Positions 1-13,085 of a stretch of DNA of 64,000 bases are shown in pieces. Each line of letters begins with the position of its first letter. Position 1 is the stretch's first letter. The position numbers and the translations under genes were made by a program. This DNA is from Auanema rhodensis (lineage: Eukaryota; Animalia; Nematoda): assembly GCA_964057225.1 (NCBI GenBank), contig OZ059896.1:8184001-8248000 (forward strand), given 5' to 3'. Under the pieces are notes generated by a model. The model saw only the letters and a program-made list of their open reading frames with translations, made no database searches and had not been told where the DNA came from.

Positions 1-664
1 AATGCAAATATAATATTCTTTATATATGTATGAACTTACAATAAACTCTTCTAGGTGCATACAACATTTATATGTTAAATTTAAAAAATACAGCTCTTAT
101 GAATCATGTAAATACTAATAGTATTATACTTTTTTCTAAAAATAAAATAATATTATTTAAATAGTTAAATCATATAATAATATATAATTCTTCTTGTATA
201 CTATATGTATTTATATTATATATACTATACGTACATCTTCAGTATATAATGTATATGAGTACATGCTTCATATATAAATCAATTAATACATTTGAAATTT
301 AAGTTTTATTATCTTATTCAAGTGCCAACAAATTTTTTTGCAGATCTATTCTGTTATCATACCGTTTCAATGAAATACTACGAAAAATCTTGAAATACTA
401 AGTAAACGTCAGGCTATTCTACTTATCGTATGTTCAATATTGATAATGGATGTCATCAGATCTTCAAGTATGTCTTTTGGCATTACAGGTCTTCAAATGG
501 TCCTCTGACGTCATATTTAGGCTATCACCAGCAGTTTATCATTAGTTTGCATCACGAGAAGTATAAAGGCCGAGAATGTGTGTAATGATAAATTACTGTT
601 ATTCCTTGGAAGTGGAATTTAATGATTTTTCAAAATCACGGGTTTTATCTAAAGTGTTCTTTTC

Positions 665-716
665 TGTAGCTTGATATGTAGCTTGGCATGTAGCTTGATA
701 TGGTATCTGATACCAT
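665..716. repeat. 12-bp tandem repeat x3 plus a short inverted repeat
   Basis: TGTAGCTTGATA / TGTAGCTTGGCA / TGTAGCTTGATA, then ATGGTATC-T-GATACCAT. Confidence 0.8.
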
Positions 717-2812
717 CATATACCTATGTATATCGTAATTGGTTTATGAAGTCTTTGCTATTCAAAACATTATTCCATTGTCCATCATCCACCGTAGCCT
801 TGTGTTCATATATGTTTTGAATATATAGAATAATCACGTAATATCTATGTCTATTCGTTGTCTTCTTCGTTCCATTTTAATCTTTGAATTACCATTTGTA
901 CTATCCATTCTTTTCATTAAAATAAAACTTTTCTAAACATTCCTTTAATATTTGATAGCTTTTGTTCTTCCAAAACTCTACAGTTGCATTATGGTAAAGA
1001 TAGTAATAGTGTGTAAGGGTTCATAGACTCTTCATCTTGTTTATGCCAATTTATCTTCTGAAATCTACTATTTATATTCTATATTTCATCATTTCGGATA
1101 GTACATCTTGTAGTCGTACTTCAATCTGTTTTTCTATTCTTTTCATTACTTTTTTCAACATTTTCAATGATTTCTATTCACTTTTTGTGGTTAGAAAAAA
1201 ATTCTTGTCATTCCTTTATTCTCCTCAACAAAGTTTTGACGATTTCGAAAAAAAAATGTTTCAGATGACGTTAAAGAATTTCGGGTAATAAGCGAAAACA
1301 TATCCGCAAACAACTTCTAGTTGGAACGAATGTTGTATTGCTCTGTATTTAAAAATATTAAAAGAAATAACCAAACCTTATGAGCATATTTTGTAACAAT
1401 TTGTACTTTAATTAAACCTATTTTCTTTTAAATCCCGAACAAGGGTAAATGGCAGTTTGCCACATTCTGCTTATGCCATCTGGAATTTTTCGTCGTTTGA
1501 ACCAGTCTAATCGAACTCTTTCTGTGTCTGCTTTCTCGATTGCATTTCGCTCCCCAACATCACTCAGGCCAATGTGTCTTGAACTCTCTGTTCTTTCTGC
1601 TCTCTCTAAGCTCTGAGGCTTAATGGTCTTCTGGATGTCTATCGCAGTGGCTCACAGATGCAACTTTATGCGTTTTCTCCCATTTCTCCAATCTCTCTCT
1701 CAGTTTTATCCACTTTCTCCACTCTCTTTTGCTCTCTTTGATATATCTTCCACTCTTTCTTTTCATCTTCCTCCATTTCATCCAGACTCTTTTCGCTCTG
1801 TCCAGCCGTTGTTCTTCTTTTACTTCTACTCCCACTATTTCTTTCTCTCTCTATATCTTTTGCTCCCTCTACATTTGCTATACTCTCTTCTAATTTGCAA
1901 TTAAAGCATAGGACCATCTTTCATACTACTCCGCTTATTTTTTTCCCTAATCTTCTCTTTTATATCCTACTTTTCGATTCGTTTATTTTTTTTTCTAGTA
2001 TCTCCTGCTTTTCAATTATATATTCGTTTCAAAAATGAATATTTCTTAGAAGAAATATGTGCATATTGCTATTTTCTATCTTTTGCATGAGATGATGGAT
2101 ATATATATATATGTGTGTATATGTATATATAGGAAATCGGAATTACGTGCTACTTAACAAGAATATTTTAATTTTTCTCTTTTCTCAGAAAAAAAATACT
2201 TAAAGTATATCAAGATATTTTTCTGCTTTTCGTTCCAGACCAATGAGCTCTTGCCTTCATGCTTGCTGGGCCTAAGCCTCATACCTCCAACGCTTTTTCG
2301 CTTTACTACTTCGTGTGGCTATAGTATCGATCTTTCCCCCCCAGCTATTTTAGGAAAAGTATGTTGAAACAAGCTCTTTTTTCATTTCATTGAACTTGTG
2401 TGTAACAACTATTTGAGCTAAAAAATGCTTCTTTTTGCATTGAATAAATGGATAGATTTATGAAATTACTAATGCTCTTATTTAGTTTCGTTGGACTCAA
2501 TTTTCATATTCAATTCATTTTGTTTTGTGAATAGTTAGAGCTTACTCTCATATAATTTTTTAAACTTTTATGAACAAATGTTTAAGTTTTATTATATTTA
2601 CAAGTAAAGTATTAACTAACTAACTATCAATCAATTAATTTTATAACAACATCTATTCTATTTAAATGGTGTAACAGAAGCTTGTATAACGTTCTAACGA
2701 CGATTACTCACCTATGCTTCATTCAAAATGAGATATTTTTGGATATTTTTGGATGTTTTTCAGATGAATGTATGTACATCTATCTATCTATCAATCTATC
2801 CATATACATATA

Positions 2813-2837
2813 TGTGTGTGTGTGTGTGTGTGTGTGT
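2813..2837. repeat. (TG)n microsatellite
   Basis: Directly visible. Confidence 0.9.
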
Positions 2838-5800
2838 TCGTATTGGCTATTTTCCGTTTGTTTTCCGTCTTCGGCATCCGTCCTCTGCCTTTTTTCATTT
2901 TTATAGTCACGTTATATGGACAGCGCCTTTCTCCATTGCATCGCCACGACAACGGACTAGTCGTTCAAAATACATCTGCTATCCTCCTCAGCTCAGCTTG
3001 TGTTCCTCATTTTTCAATCATTCTAGCATTTCTTTGATCTATACCCTAAAGGCTTTTCTATGTTTTTTTCTCATTTGCACTCACGTTTTCTAGACAGATC
3101 TTGCTTTTCTAGACATATCTTTATCATTATTACATATATAATTATAATATTAATATATTTAATGTAAAATACTTATTATTCAATCATTGTTTGATTAAGA
3201 AACAAATAATAATTCTGATATAGAATTCTCAAGTGAATTCTATTAAGATTATTAGCTCTTCTTAATCATATTATGTTAGAACATTACTTTTATTTCTAAA
3301 TATCTTTTGCAATGAATTCATCATTCATTACGTCACCTGAATTGCCATCTTCAGTTTTGTTCGTCATATTGGAGAATGATTCGTATCCAATCATGGGACA
3401 TCTGACGTCATTTATGTATATATTATAAATATTTCTTTCCAAATTTCATATAGCTTTATATCTGATTTTAGTCGTTTGCTAACAATATTACTTTTCAATA
3501 CCTTTTCAATTGTTTTCATTTTTTATTTAAAAATTAAAATTGTATATAAATTCATTTTTTTCTAGAAAGAATATATATTATATCTCATATTTAAATATTT
3601 ATTTTTTAATTTAATTATATATAATTTATATAAATATATTTTTTTTATAATTAAGATGTTGATTTGCGAATCTTTCGTGTTTATATTCAAAAATCTTCAT
3701 TAAATTATTTTGCTTCAACGTATTTAACACTGTTCCATAACTACTACCATCGTATGTTTTCATGTATTGGTCATTCAATCCTCTTTTTTTTGCTGTTATA
3801 GCCTGTCCAAATAATTCTTTATTTTCTAGAATATTCATTATTTTGAATCATTTATGATTATTATAAAATGCATTTAATCATTATATAAGCATATATAACA
3901 TATAATCTTCTGCAAGATCATAATTCTTCAGATTATAGTATATTTCATTTCATTCAAGTCATCTAAGGCATAGCAAAACCACATAAATCATATCGTTTAA
4001 GATCTAAATTTCTTTTATTGTTGATACATAGATTCAATTTTTTATAATCTATTAAACTTGAAATAATAAAAAATTATTTTGGACAGGTTTTGCAGCTTCA
4101 TTTAAGATCATTAATTATCTTTATTATATAAATATATTTATATAATAAATATTATTAAAATAAAGAAAAGAATAAAATATGAACTTTTATGTTTTTTTTT
4201 TCTTTTCTTTTCAAATTTTCTTCTTAAGAACATTGTGATTTCGAAACAATACGCTTTTTTCAAATATTTTTTGTTCATGTAAGATCAGTCGTACTAATAG
4301 AGACATTCTTTCTATTCACAATAACATTTGATATGATCCAACTGATCGTTTCTAATGATGATGACACCCACAACTAAGTTCATACTCATCATCTGTATTT
4401 TCAATATTGAACTCATCATGATTCTACACAGTTTTGATTGTACTAAATCGTTTTTTCAAATCAATTCTGATTTTAAATCTTCTATTTGTCTCTTTTGTTT
4501 TCTCTCTTTCTCTTTACTGGAACATCTTTCAATTTTTTCATTTTTTTTTCGCCTCTTTTCTATCTCATTCTCTGCAGACTGCTCTATCACCGATTTATTC
4601 ATGTTCCATTCAAAGTTCCAGATGTCCCTCCAATTTTTTTCATATTCACTTACTATACCCCCATCTTCCAGCCGTTTCATCTCTGCCCTTTTCTTGCATT
4701 TCTTCCACATCTCTTCTCTTCTTCTCTCTCCTTTGGCCTTTTTTTTCTTTTTCAGTCGCTGTCCTCGTTGGTCTGTCCTCATTGACTTGCATCTTTTTGG
4801 TTTTACCCATAGCCCCGTTCACCAAATTCTATCTGCTGAACTTACATTTTGATAAAACCTTTTCTACATCAAATATTTTATTTACCAAAGCTTAAAGATA
4901 TTCATGTATGCAAGAATTATTTAAGAACTTCGTTTCTGTGGAACCCATATGGTCATCAACGCCAACATTTTGTTTCTTATATGGAAATACATATTTAGAC
5001 AATTATTTATTTTAAATATAATTATTTTGAATATATATGAAGAGGAAAAAGGAAACACAGAAACGGAAAACAGAACATTGAAAAATTATATTTATTGTTT
5101 ATAAATAATATTTATAGTTAAATCTTTTGTAAAATATAAAAATTTGATATATTTTGGAAATATTTTAAATATAAATTGAATTTTTCAATTATAAGCAAAA
5201 ATGCTATTTACCTGAAAATTGAGACTTTTGGATGTGCGCGCTTTTCAATATTCCTTTTTCAGTTTTATAAAACTTAATAAATATTTTAATAGCAACTTAT
5301 CTAACGGCATTTTATCAAAATGCTACATGTCACAGCATAATACTCTTACCATATCTTTCTTTTTCTATTTTCCTCGTTTGTTCAAATGTTTCCCATCTAT
5401 TCCAATTCGTTAATTTCAAATTTTAATTTCCTTCAGAAACTTCATTATTGCGATCAAAGTGAAACACTGTGTTCTCGACGATGATGTTGTGTATAGCATC
5501 TATTGCTCAGATGATGATCATTCCAATCGTTCTGTTATATCATAGTTACAATACTTTTTTTTAACTTTTCATTTGTATTTTGCTGTTTTATGATTTCATT
5601 TTAACTCTTAATTTCGTTTTTTTTTTTTCTGAAATTTGTTTTCTATTTACTTCATTACTCATATTCTATACAGCTAGCTCATTTGTTAAGATTTTTTTGA
5701 GAATCTCTAAAGCTTTTATTACATCGATTAAAACTTATAATATAATGACAAGACAATAGAGATTTATAGATATATATTTGATTGAATATACACTAGTTAC

Positions 5801-6063
5801 AGCTATTTTGTAACCAAATAATCCTAGGATAAAAAAAAATATATTTAAAGCTTTCATCATTTTTTTTTCAGCAAATCAAGTTTTATCAATTAAGGAGCAG
5901 TATATTACACATGTTCTAGTGTTTTCAGTATAATAATAATGTATATAGTTATGAAAACTATATACTTATGTATGTGTCAATATACATAAATATATTCTCT
6001 TTATCATTTTTCTTTCAGTTTCTCTTTCTTCTTATTTCAATCTCTTCCTCTTTCCATCTGTTT

Positions 6064-6069
<6 letters not shown>

Positions 6070-6096
<27 letters not shown>
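6070..6096. repeat. (CT)n microsatellite
   Basis: Directly visible. Confidence 0.9.
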
Positions 6097-6100
<4 letters not shown>

Positions 6101-6762
6101 GTTTTCTTTTTATTTTCAGAGAGGGAGAATGTAATCACTATGTATTAATCGAATAATTTCTTTTCTTTTTCATATTTTTTGCATCTATAATCAGTACTTT
6201 CTACAAACCGTAGCAACTATTAGTTGTTGTACATTACAATAACATTCAGACAATAGAACAAAACGGTTTGAAGTTCATATACATCATGTTCAGCTTATGC
6301 CCCTTCGTTCACGTGAAAAGAAAAAAACGGTTTTCATGATATGTCAAATGAATTTTTTTTCTTCGATGTAGTCGGCGGTCCTATCAAGATGTAGACAATT
6401 TCAAACCACATTATAACATAATCATCATTTAATACACACAATTTGCAGATACTGTAATGATCTTTGTCCAAAATTGTCTCTGTCATTAGATAAAACTAGA
6501 AGTTGAGTCTTTTTTTGGTCAAGAAAAGAAAATTGAGTTGTGTTTCATCCAAAATATAATGAATTATCTGTCCAATCATCAGACATCATCTTTTCGATCG
6601 TCATATCAATTTTTCACAAAACGCAAGGATCAACGAAACTGAGCTGCTTGAAAATAATTCAGAAAATCACAGATACCACCACACGAACTGTTATAAAGAA
6701 AACTGGGTGTTCTGTTGCATCATCTACCGTAGCTGTTATCATTTCATCACATTTCACAACTC

Positions 6763-6775
6763 CTCTCTCTCTCTC

Positions 6776-6808
<33 letters not shown>
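6763..6808. repeat. Interrupted (CT)n microsatellite
   Basis: Directly visible. Confidence 0.9.
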
Positions 6809-6812
<4 letters not shown>

Positions 6813-9800
6813 CATCTCTCCACCTCTCTTTCTTTAGAATTTTCTTGTTATTATTTTGTTCAATACTGCAATCATGAAATTATTACTTTTGAGAGAAACG
6901 ATATTTTTCTAGAAAAAAAAACTTTATTCATAATAAAATATGAATTCTAACACAGTTAGAGCGATTTAGATGGTGAGATCAAACAAAATCTTCAAAATCC
7001 AATTAAATTCAATTTTTTAATATTTTTGAATGAAAGATATTAACTTTATTATTGAAATAACTATTTTCCCACCTTATATGTTCTACAAATTTCTGAGATA
7101 TTCTCAAAGTTTTATTGAAAATGAGGTTTATAGAGATAAACAAGAATGAAATATTTGAAAACTTTTTCAATTTTCAGTTAAGGATTTCATATATTTAAAT
7201 TAATATTAAGAATAATTCTATAAATATATGATTCGTCACTTCTTACTATATCTCAGATGTACTTCTGAGATGTTTCTTTGTTATATTATTTTTTAAACTT
7301 ACCAAATACACAGTTCTTTGTTCTTTCAAATCATTTTGGAACAATTCTTTCAATACTGTCCTATTGGTAGTCTTCTAGTCTGATTTCATATGATTCATAT
7401 GGTCCATCCGTAGACACGTTTCGAGAGTCTGCAGATGTTAATCCTTAGTTTTTTCCAGATAGTCGTTTTTTGAAACAAACTGTTGTCAACATTCTCTTTT
7501 GTTTTTCCTTTTCAGAGCTTTAAGTGACCCATCTTTTCGTACATCATTCTATTTTGCTCTCTTTCTCTCTTGCTCTCTTTCTCTACCCCTCTCTCTCTGT
7601 CTCTCTCTCTCTTTCTCTCTTTCCTTCCCTTTCAAACTTACAACTAAGTTCCTTTTTCTTCACAAATACATATATTACCTTTCCAGTTTGCTTGTAAATC
7701 GAACTTTTAAATCGCTTTCTTTCTCTCATCTTCATATTCTCTATTGAAAAAATATTTTTTTTTGCGTTTTTCAAAATATTTCCGGATTTGCATGAAACTC
7801 TTTTTTTCTGAAATTTCAACAATAATAAACTAATTTTAGTTTTCTTTTTCTTTTTTTTTTCAAATTTAGCATTCGCATTACCTTCATACTGACAAATCTA
7901 CAAAGAAGGTATGTCTTATAAAGATGATGCAATACTAGTAGTCAGATTTCTAGTTCGTCTTGCTTTTTTCTCGTCAGCATTTATTTAAATATATACAGAT
8001 TGTTTCCTTTTCAAAAAACAAAAACATATTGTTTCAATTTATGAACTATTAGCATATCAATTCATAACTTAAAACTTGAAAACATTTTATTTGATTCAAG
8101 TTTCATTTTTTTAAAATAAAATCAAAGTGTTTTATTAAACTTGAGAAACAAAACTTTTGTGTATAAAACGTTACTTATTCTTGAATCACAAGTTCTTCTC
8201 AAATGTTCTTCGCAAAAATGTAGAGCGATTAAACACGAAATACGTTAGCGACATCTTCCTTAAGCTGTGACAGAGTGTCTGATGAATTTGCGTGTGTCGC
8301 CATAACACAAAGTCTTCAGCACATGACAAGAAGCATTTGATTTTCCTCCTTTCTCTGAGAATATATTTAATCGCCTTCTCCAATACTCTCCCTCTCTCTC
8401 TCTGTTTCTCTTTCTATTGCTCCATAAAATGTTTTTCTTCTAACTCTTTCTAAACGTTCAAATCTTATGATATCGTTCAATTCTGAATATTTTCATTTAA
8501 TTATTTCATATATTTGTATTTTTAAATAAGAAGTATTTCATTTGTAAATTCAAATTTTCAATTTTCTCTTCTATTTTCATTTTCTCATAATATATAATTT
8601 ATTATATCTTAGTCATTTTCATGTTAAATTTTATATTTTTTATGTTTATACAACTTTTCTACAACTTTTCTATATAATTCAATGAGTTTTTATTTAAATA
8701 GTATTATAGTATTAATTAAGAATAGGGTCAAAAACATTTTATTTGAGATGTTTATACTTCCACTTGTTTCCTTCTTTCTACGATTATTGCTCTACTAATC
8801 TGTACCGAACTAAAACAAATCTGATAATCTAATCAACACAAAAAAAGTTTCAAAGAAGGAAAAATCTACATGGTATACTCATCTGTTCTTTAATTGCAAA
8901 TATCAATGAAGGGGCGTTTAATGTTTTGAGGCCGATTAGCTGCAGGACAGCATACAAGCATACGAGTTAAACATAAAAGCTTCATAATTCATGGTCTGAT
9001 GACGTCAGATTCTCTTCAAGACACAAGACGTTCGTAGACTCATGAGGACTCACGTTGTTTGCCGTCAATGAAAATTTGGGCCTTTTTTTCTGGAAACTGC
9101 TAAGCCCAGCTACCGTAGACAAAAATGGGCTTCTTTCATTTTGAACTAGAAAAAAAGACTCTCAACTAGAAGATTATTCAGTCTTTATGTTTAAGAATAA
9201 AACGTCATGTAAGTATGATTGAGGGTTTGAGTATATGAAAGTATTTGAATGTACAATAGAATTTTCGAGATTTTATTTTAATGATAATATTTTTACAAAA
9301 ATTGTTTCGACTAGCCTTCTATATTTAAGTTAATCTTTAAAAATCATCTGATATATGATCTATTGACAGCAAAAAAGAGAATGATGGATGACTAGACACG
9401 TGTGAACTTTACTATAATATCGAAACTGGATTTATAAATTGTTCTGATAAATACGAGAAAGACGAGAAATATTCTTGAAATCCATTTGTTCAAACAACGT
9501 TAGATGTAATATATCTTTGGTATCTTTTGTATATTTTAAAGTTCATTGAAAATGATGAAAAAGGAAGTATTTCCATTATAGAATATTTAAAATCTTAAAA
9601 AAAGTTTTAATCCTATTTGCTTAGGTTGGAGATATTTTTGAAATAATATTTGTTTTGTTAGTAATCAATTCATTAGATTGCTGTTGTATTTCAAACGAAA
9701 ATATTATTATTTTTTAAATATTTCTAAAATATTCTATTTAATCAATTTTTTGCTTGCAGTTTTATACTTGAACAAGTTTCAAATTATTGCACATTATAAC

Positions 9801-11847
9801 ATTTTTTCTCCAAATTAAATCTTTAAACAAACATACGGTAACCTCGGAAATTGTTGTACAAATTATGCAACAATCATATTGACAGTTGATTAGTGCAAAT
9901 TTGAAAAAAAAAAGTATAAAAAGAGGTTCTTGATCTCATTTCATTAATATTTATTTTATTATAATGATTAAACAACCTAGTTTTTTTTGTCTGTATATCT
10001 TTATTCTTTTTTACAATCATCGTCTTTTGTACAGCTTAGCATATTCTGAAAATACGTTAATTTGAACTAAAATATTTCAAAAATATTATATTTAGTCGAT
10101 TAATTTTTTTTTTCTGATAATATAAGCCTACGTACATCATTTTTGTGTGTTTGTTAATGGTTTTTTTGTATGTTTTGTTATTGTTTTTTCAAAATCAATT
10201 TAATATAAAAGTTTAGAGTTTAATATAAAATGATTAATCTATCATATAATTATATTTAATGAAAATATAAAAAATATTAATCATTTCTTATTATTTTATA
10301 TTATAATATTCTATAATTATAGTAATAATTTAATTATTTTTTTAAATATTAAGATTAAAAATCAAAGTTTATGTGAAAATATGCGGAAATTTATAAAATA
10401 ATCAAAAAAAATTGAATATTGAATTCCAAAATAAATGCTTTAACTCTTTTCTTCATTACATGTATTTTATGTACACAGCTATTAAAAATAAACAAAAATT
10501 TCGCTCACGTGTTACATGCTTAGTTGAAAACTTCCTCCGCAATAACTTTTTAGCTGAGAGTTCAAAAAGAATGTTCAGTAAAGACTTCTTCTTTTCTCTC
10601 TCTCTTTTTTTTCTTTTTTAACGTCCACCCCCTCCATATCTCTCTCTCTCTCCCTCTACCTCTTTCTCTCTTTCTTTCTGATTTTATTTTACTTTTTAAT
10701 TCTTTTCCTCTTCTTCTATTTTTTTTGTCGATATAACTAAATCTTTTGATTTTTCTATCTTTTTTTTTGCTTTTTCACTATAGCAACTACTCGTGAATAC
10801 CATTGAAGTGACATCATATCATATGATTTAACGAAAAGCTCTTGCTTGCCCCGGAGGCTATTCAGCAATCAGACGTTAGACAAATAACGAAAACTATTTT
10901 TTTACAACAATCTATCAAGCTTTTCTAATGTTTTGCTATTCAGATTTTCAATTCATGTGATTTCGTGACATTACAGTACATATTATGTTGTTTAAAACCT
11001 TAACAGTTATCAAGCCTGATATACCAGTTTGTTCCATTTGCTTGAACTCAGATTTGCAATGTTCGCCAAGCTACAGGCTTGGTTAAATTTTCATTCTTTC
11101 ATGTTCTGATGGTCTACTTACATCATATTGCACAACAGAAGTTTTTTTTTTCAAAATCACAAGATATGCCGATTGTTATAAACTTTTTCATTTTTCTCGT
11201 TTGCTATCCTTTATTTCCTTTTCTTCTTTAAAGTGATCTGCAACATTTGATGTAACTGATTCAAGATCTTCAAATTTAAAAAAAAAGCTAAATCATTGAG
11301 AATATTTAATACTGTTCTGTAGTTATAAACTATTCAATTTTTCTATTTTCTCTTCTATCTTTCAATTTGACTTCTGCCCTCCTACAAAACCGGTAGGAAG
11401 GCTAGTGTGAGATTGTCTCTCTCGTAGTTCAGTTGGTCCACAACGTGATCTTTCGATCATCTCAACGTGTGTGCAATTGTGCAAGTGAGTGTGTGTGTGT
11501 GTGTGTCTGTCTACGAGTGAATATGTTAAAACGAAGAAAAGCAGTGAAATCTGTGATATAAGATTGATTTGTTTGTTCTTCCTCTACCTAATAGGATATA
11601 CACTATTATCTATTTTCTTTGTCACCAAATACCTGATGCTTGAAAAATCGTTTTCATATTGCAAAGTACAATCTAACTCATACATAGCTTACTGAGATGA
11701 ACAATCTCGGTATGAGCAAAGAGAAAAACGACTATCTATGTATGTATAAGAAAGATGATTCTGATGTGTTTGAGATCAACTAGAAATATATTTAAGATTT
11801 AAAGCTGCAAAACCTGATGTTTTACTCTTTCTCTCTCTTTTTCTCAA

Positions 11848-11852
<5 letters not shown>

Positions 11853-11892
<40 letters not shown>
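11853..11892. repeat. (CT)n microsatellite
   Basis: Directly visible, about 20 units. Confidence 0.92.
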
Positions 11893-11895
<3 letters not shown>

Positions 11896-12028
11896 GTATA
11901 CTAACATGTGATCATTTTTATTTCCTAATTTTTTATTTATTTCTCTAGCCTCCTTATCAAGCGTATGTTGCGCTGTCGGTCACCTACCTCTTTGATTAGA
12001 GTCTGACCGAGCGAGCTAATGATGACGT

Positions 12029-12319
12029 TTCACGTGAACTGATTGGTAAATCTTATTTTTCACGTGAGCATCTGATATAATTCAATTATTATCCCATTAA
12101 CTTGTCTGTAAGATAAAGATAACAGTCAATACCACTCAAATCAGATATTATACATGTATATATATAGACATTATCAGTTGTGTTATCAAAAAATATATAT
12201 ACATATGTGTATTTATGTGTATTTATAGTATCATCAATTTAAATAAATAAAATTTCTTAAAGAAAGCTTATCCTTCTGTCTTTTTGAAAAAAAAGATGAA
12301 ATTTAAATTTCTCACGTGA
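12029..12319. promoter_or_regulatory. Cluster of three TCACGTGA E-boxes upstream of nac-3
   Basis: TTCACGTGAA 12029-12038, TCACGTGA 12060-12067 and TCACGTGA 12312-12319, 0.8-1.05 kb before the nac-3 ATG. Confidence 0.6.
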
Positions 12320-13065
12320 AACGCGCACGAACGAGATACGTCAAGCGGCGTTTTAAGCTCGAGACGCATCATCATTTCAGTTTTCAAGCTCTTAGCGAAC
12401 GGTTGGTTGCAAATGTCTCGTCATGTCAATCCTCATCAAGACTAGCACATCCACACATACACACTCTGTCTCATTCCAATATTTTTCTCTAACATATACA
12501 TGATGATATCAAAAGCATGTGAATGGCCTTGTAAACATATTTATCATATAAGGCATTACTAAATATAAATCACCAAATTATGTTCTATTTCAATAACGTT
12601 GTTAACATATTGCTTTATGTTATCTTAATGGATTTTGCAATAAACTATCCTTTGCTTTGCTCTGACGTCTTCATGATGAATCGTGTCATTGTTTTCATTA
12701 TTTGTATTTTCATACATCTCTAGCACCATACGTTAGTAACTTACATATCAAGAAATATCAATGATGATGTCATTCCTCCTCCTCCCACTTCTTCTTCTTC
12801 TTCTTTTTTCATCGCTTTCTTTCCGCTCTCCCTATCGTCAGCTGTTTTGAGCTGATGATGAACCAATAAGCTAGGAACTGCTCCTCTTACTCCATTAGAG
12901 AGTTGGCTCTGTTTCTCATGGTCTTAATCTTGAGTTCTCATGTCAAGGACATGTGCACCCAAAGCTCATCATCATCATGATTTCATATTATATATTTCAT
13001 GTTAATGAATACGTTTCTTACCTTAACAATTTTTTATTTTAATTCATATTCAATTAAAAAAAATA

Positions 13066-13073
13066 TTTTTCAG
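13066..13073 (+). promoter_or_regulatory. Probable trans-splice acceptor of nac-3
   Basis: TTTTTCAG ends 12 nt before the ATG and follows AT-rich sequence. An SL acceptor is inferred; a 5'UTR intron acceptor is not excluded. Confidence 0.6.
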
Positions 13074-13085
13074 TTGATTCACATT

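Noticed and set aside
1620-1917. Overlapping ORFs of 71-93 aa on both strands
   Set aside because: Products of CT/GA-rich low-complexity sequence (F/S/L or K/R/E rich), with no domain and no coherent exon chain.
4355-4895. 165-aa and 153-aa ORFs and the antisense K/E-rich ORF
   Set aside because: Open in several frames only because pyrimidine tracts lack stops; no recognisable protein.
9389-9410. TGACTAGA start resembling the miR-44/miR-279 family
   Set aside because: Seed match only; no complementary arm to form a precursor hairpin.
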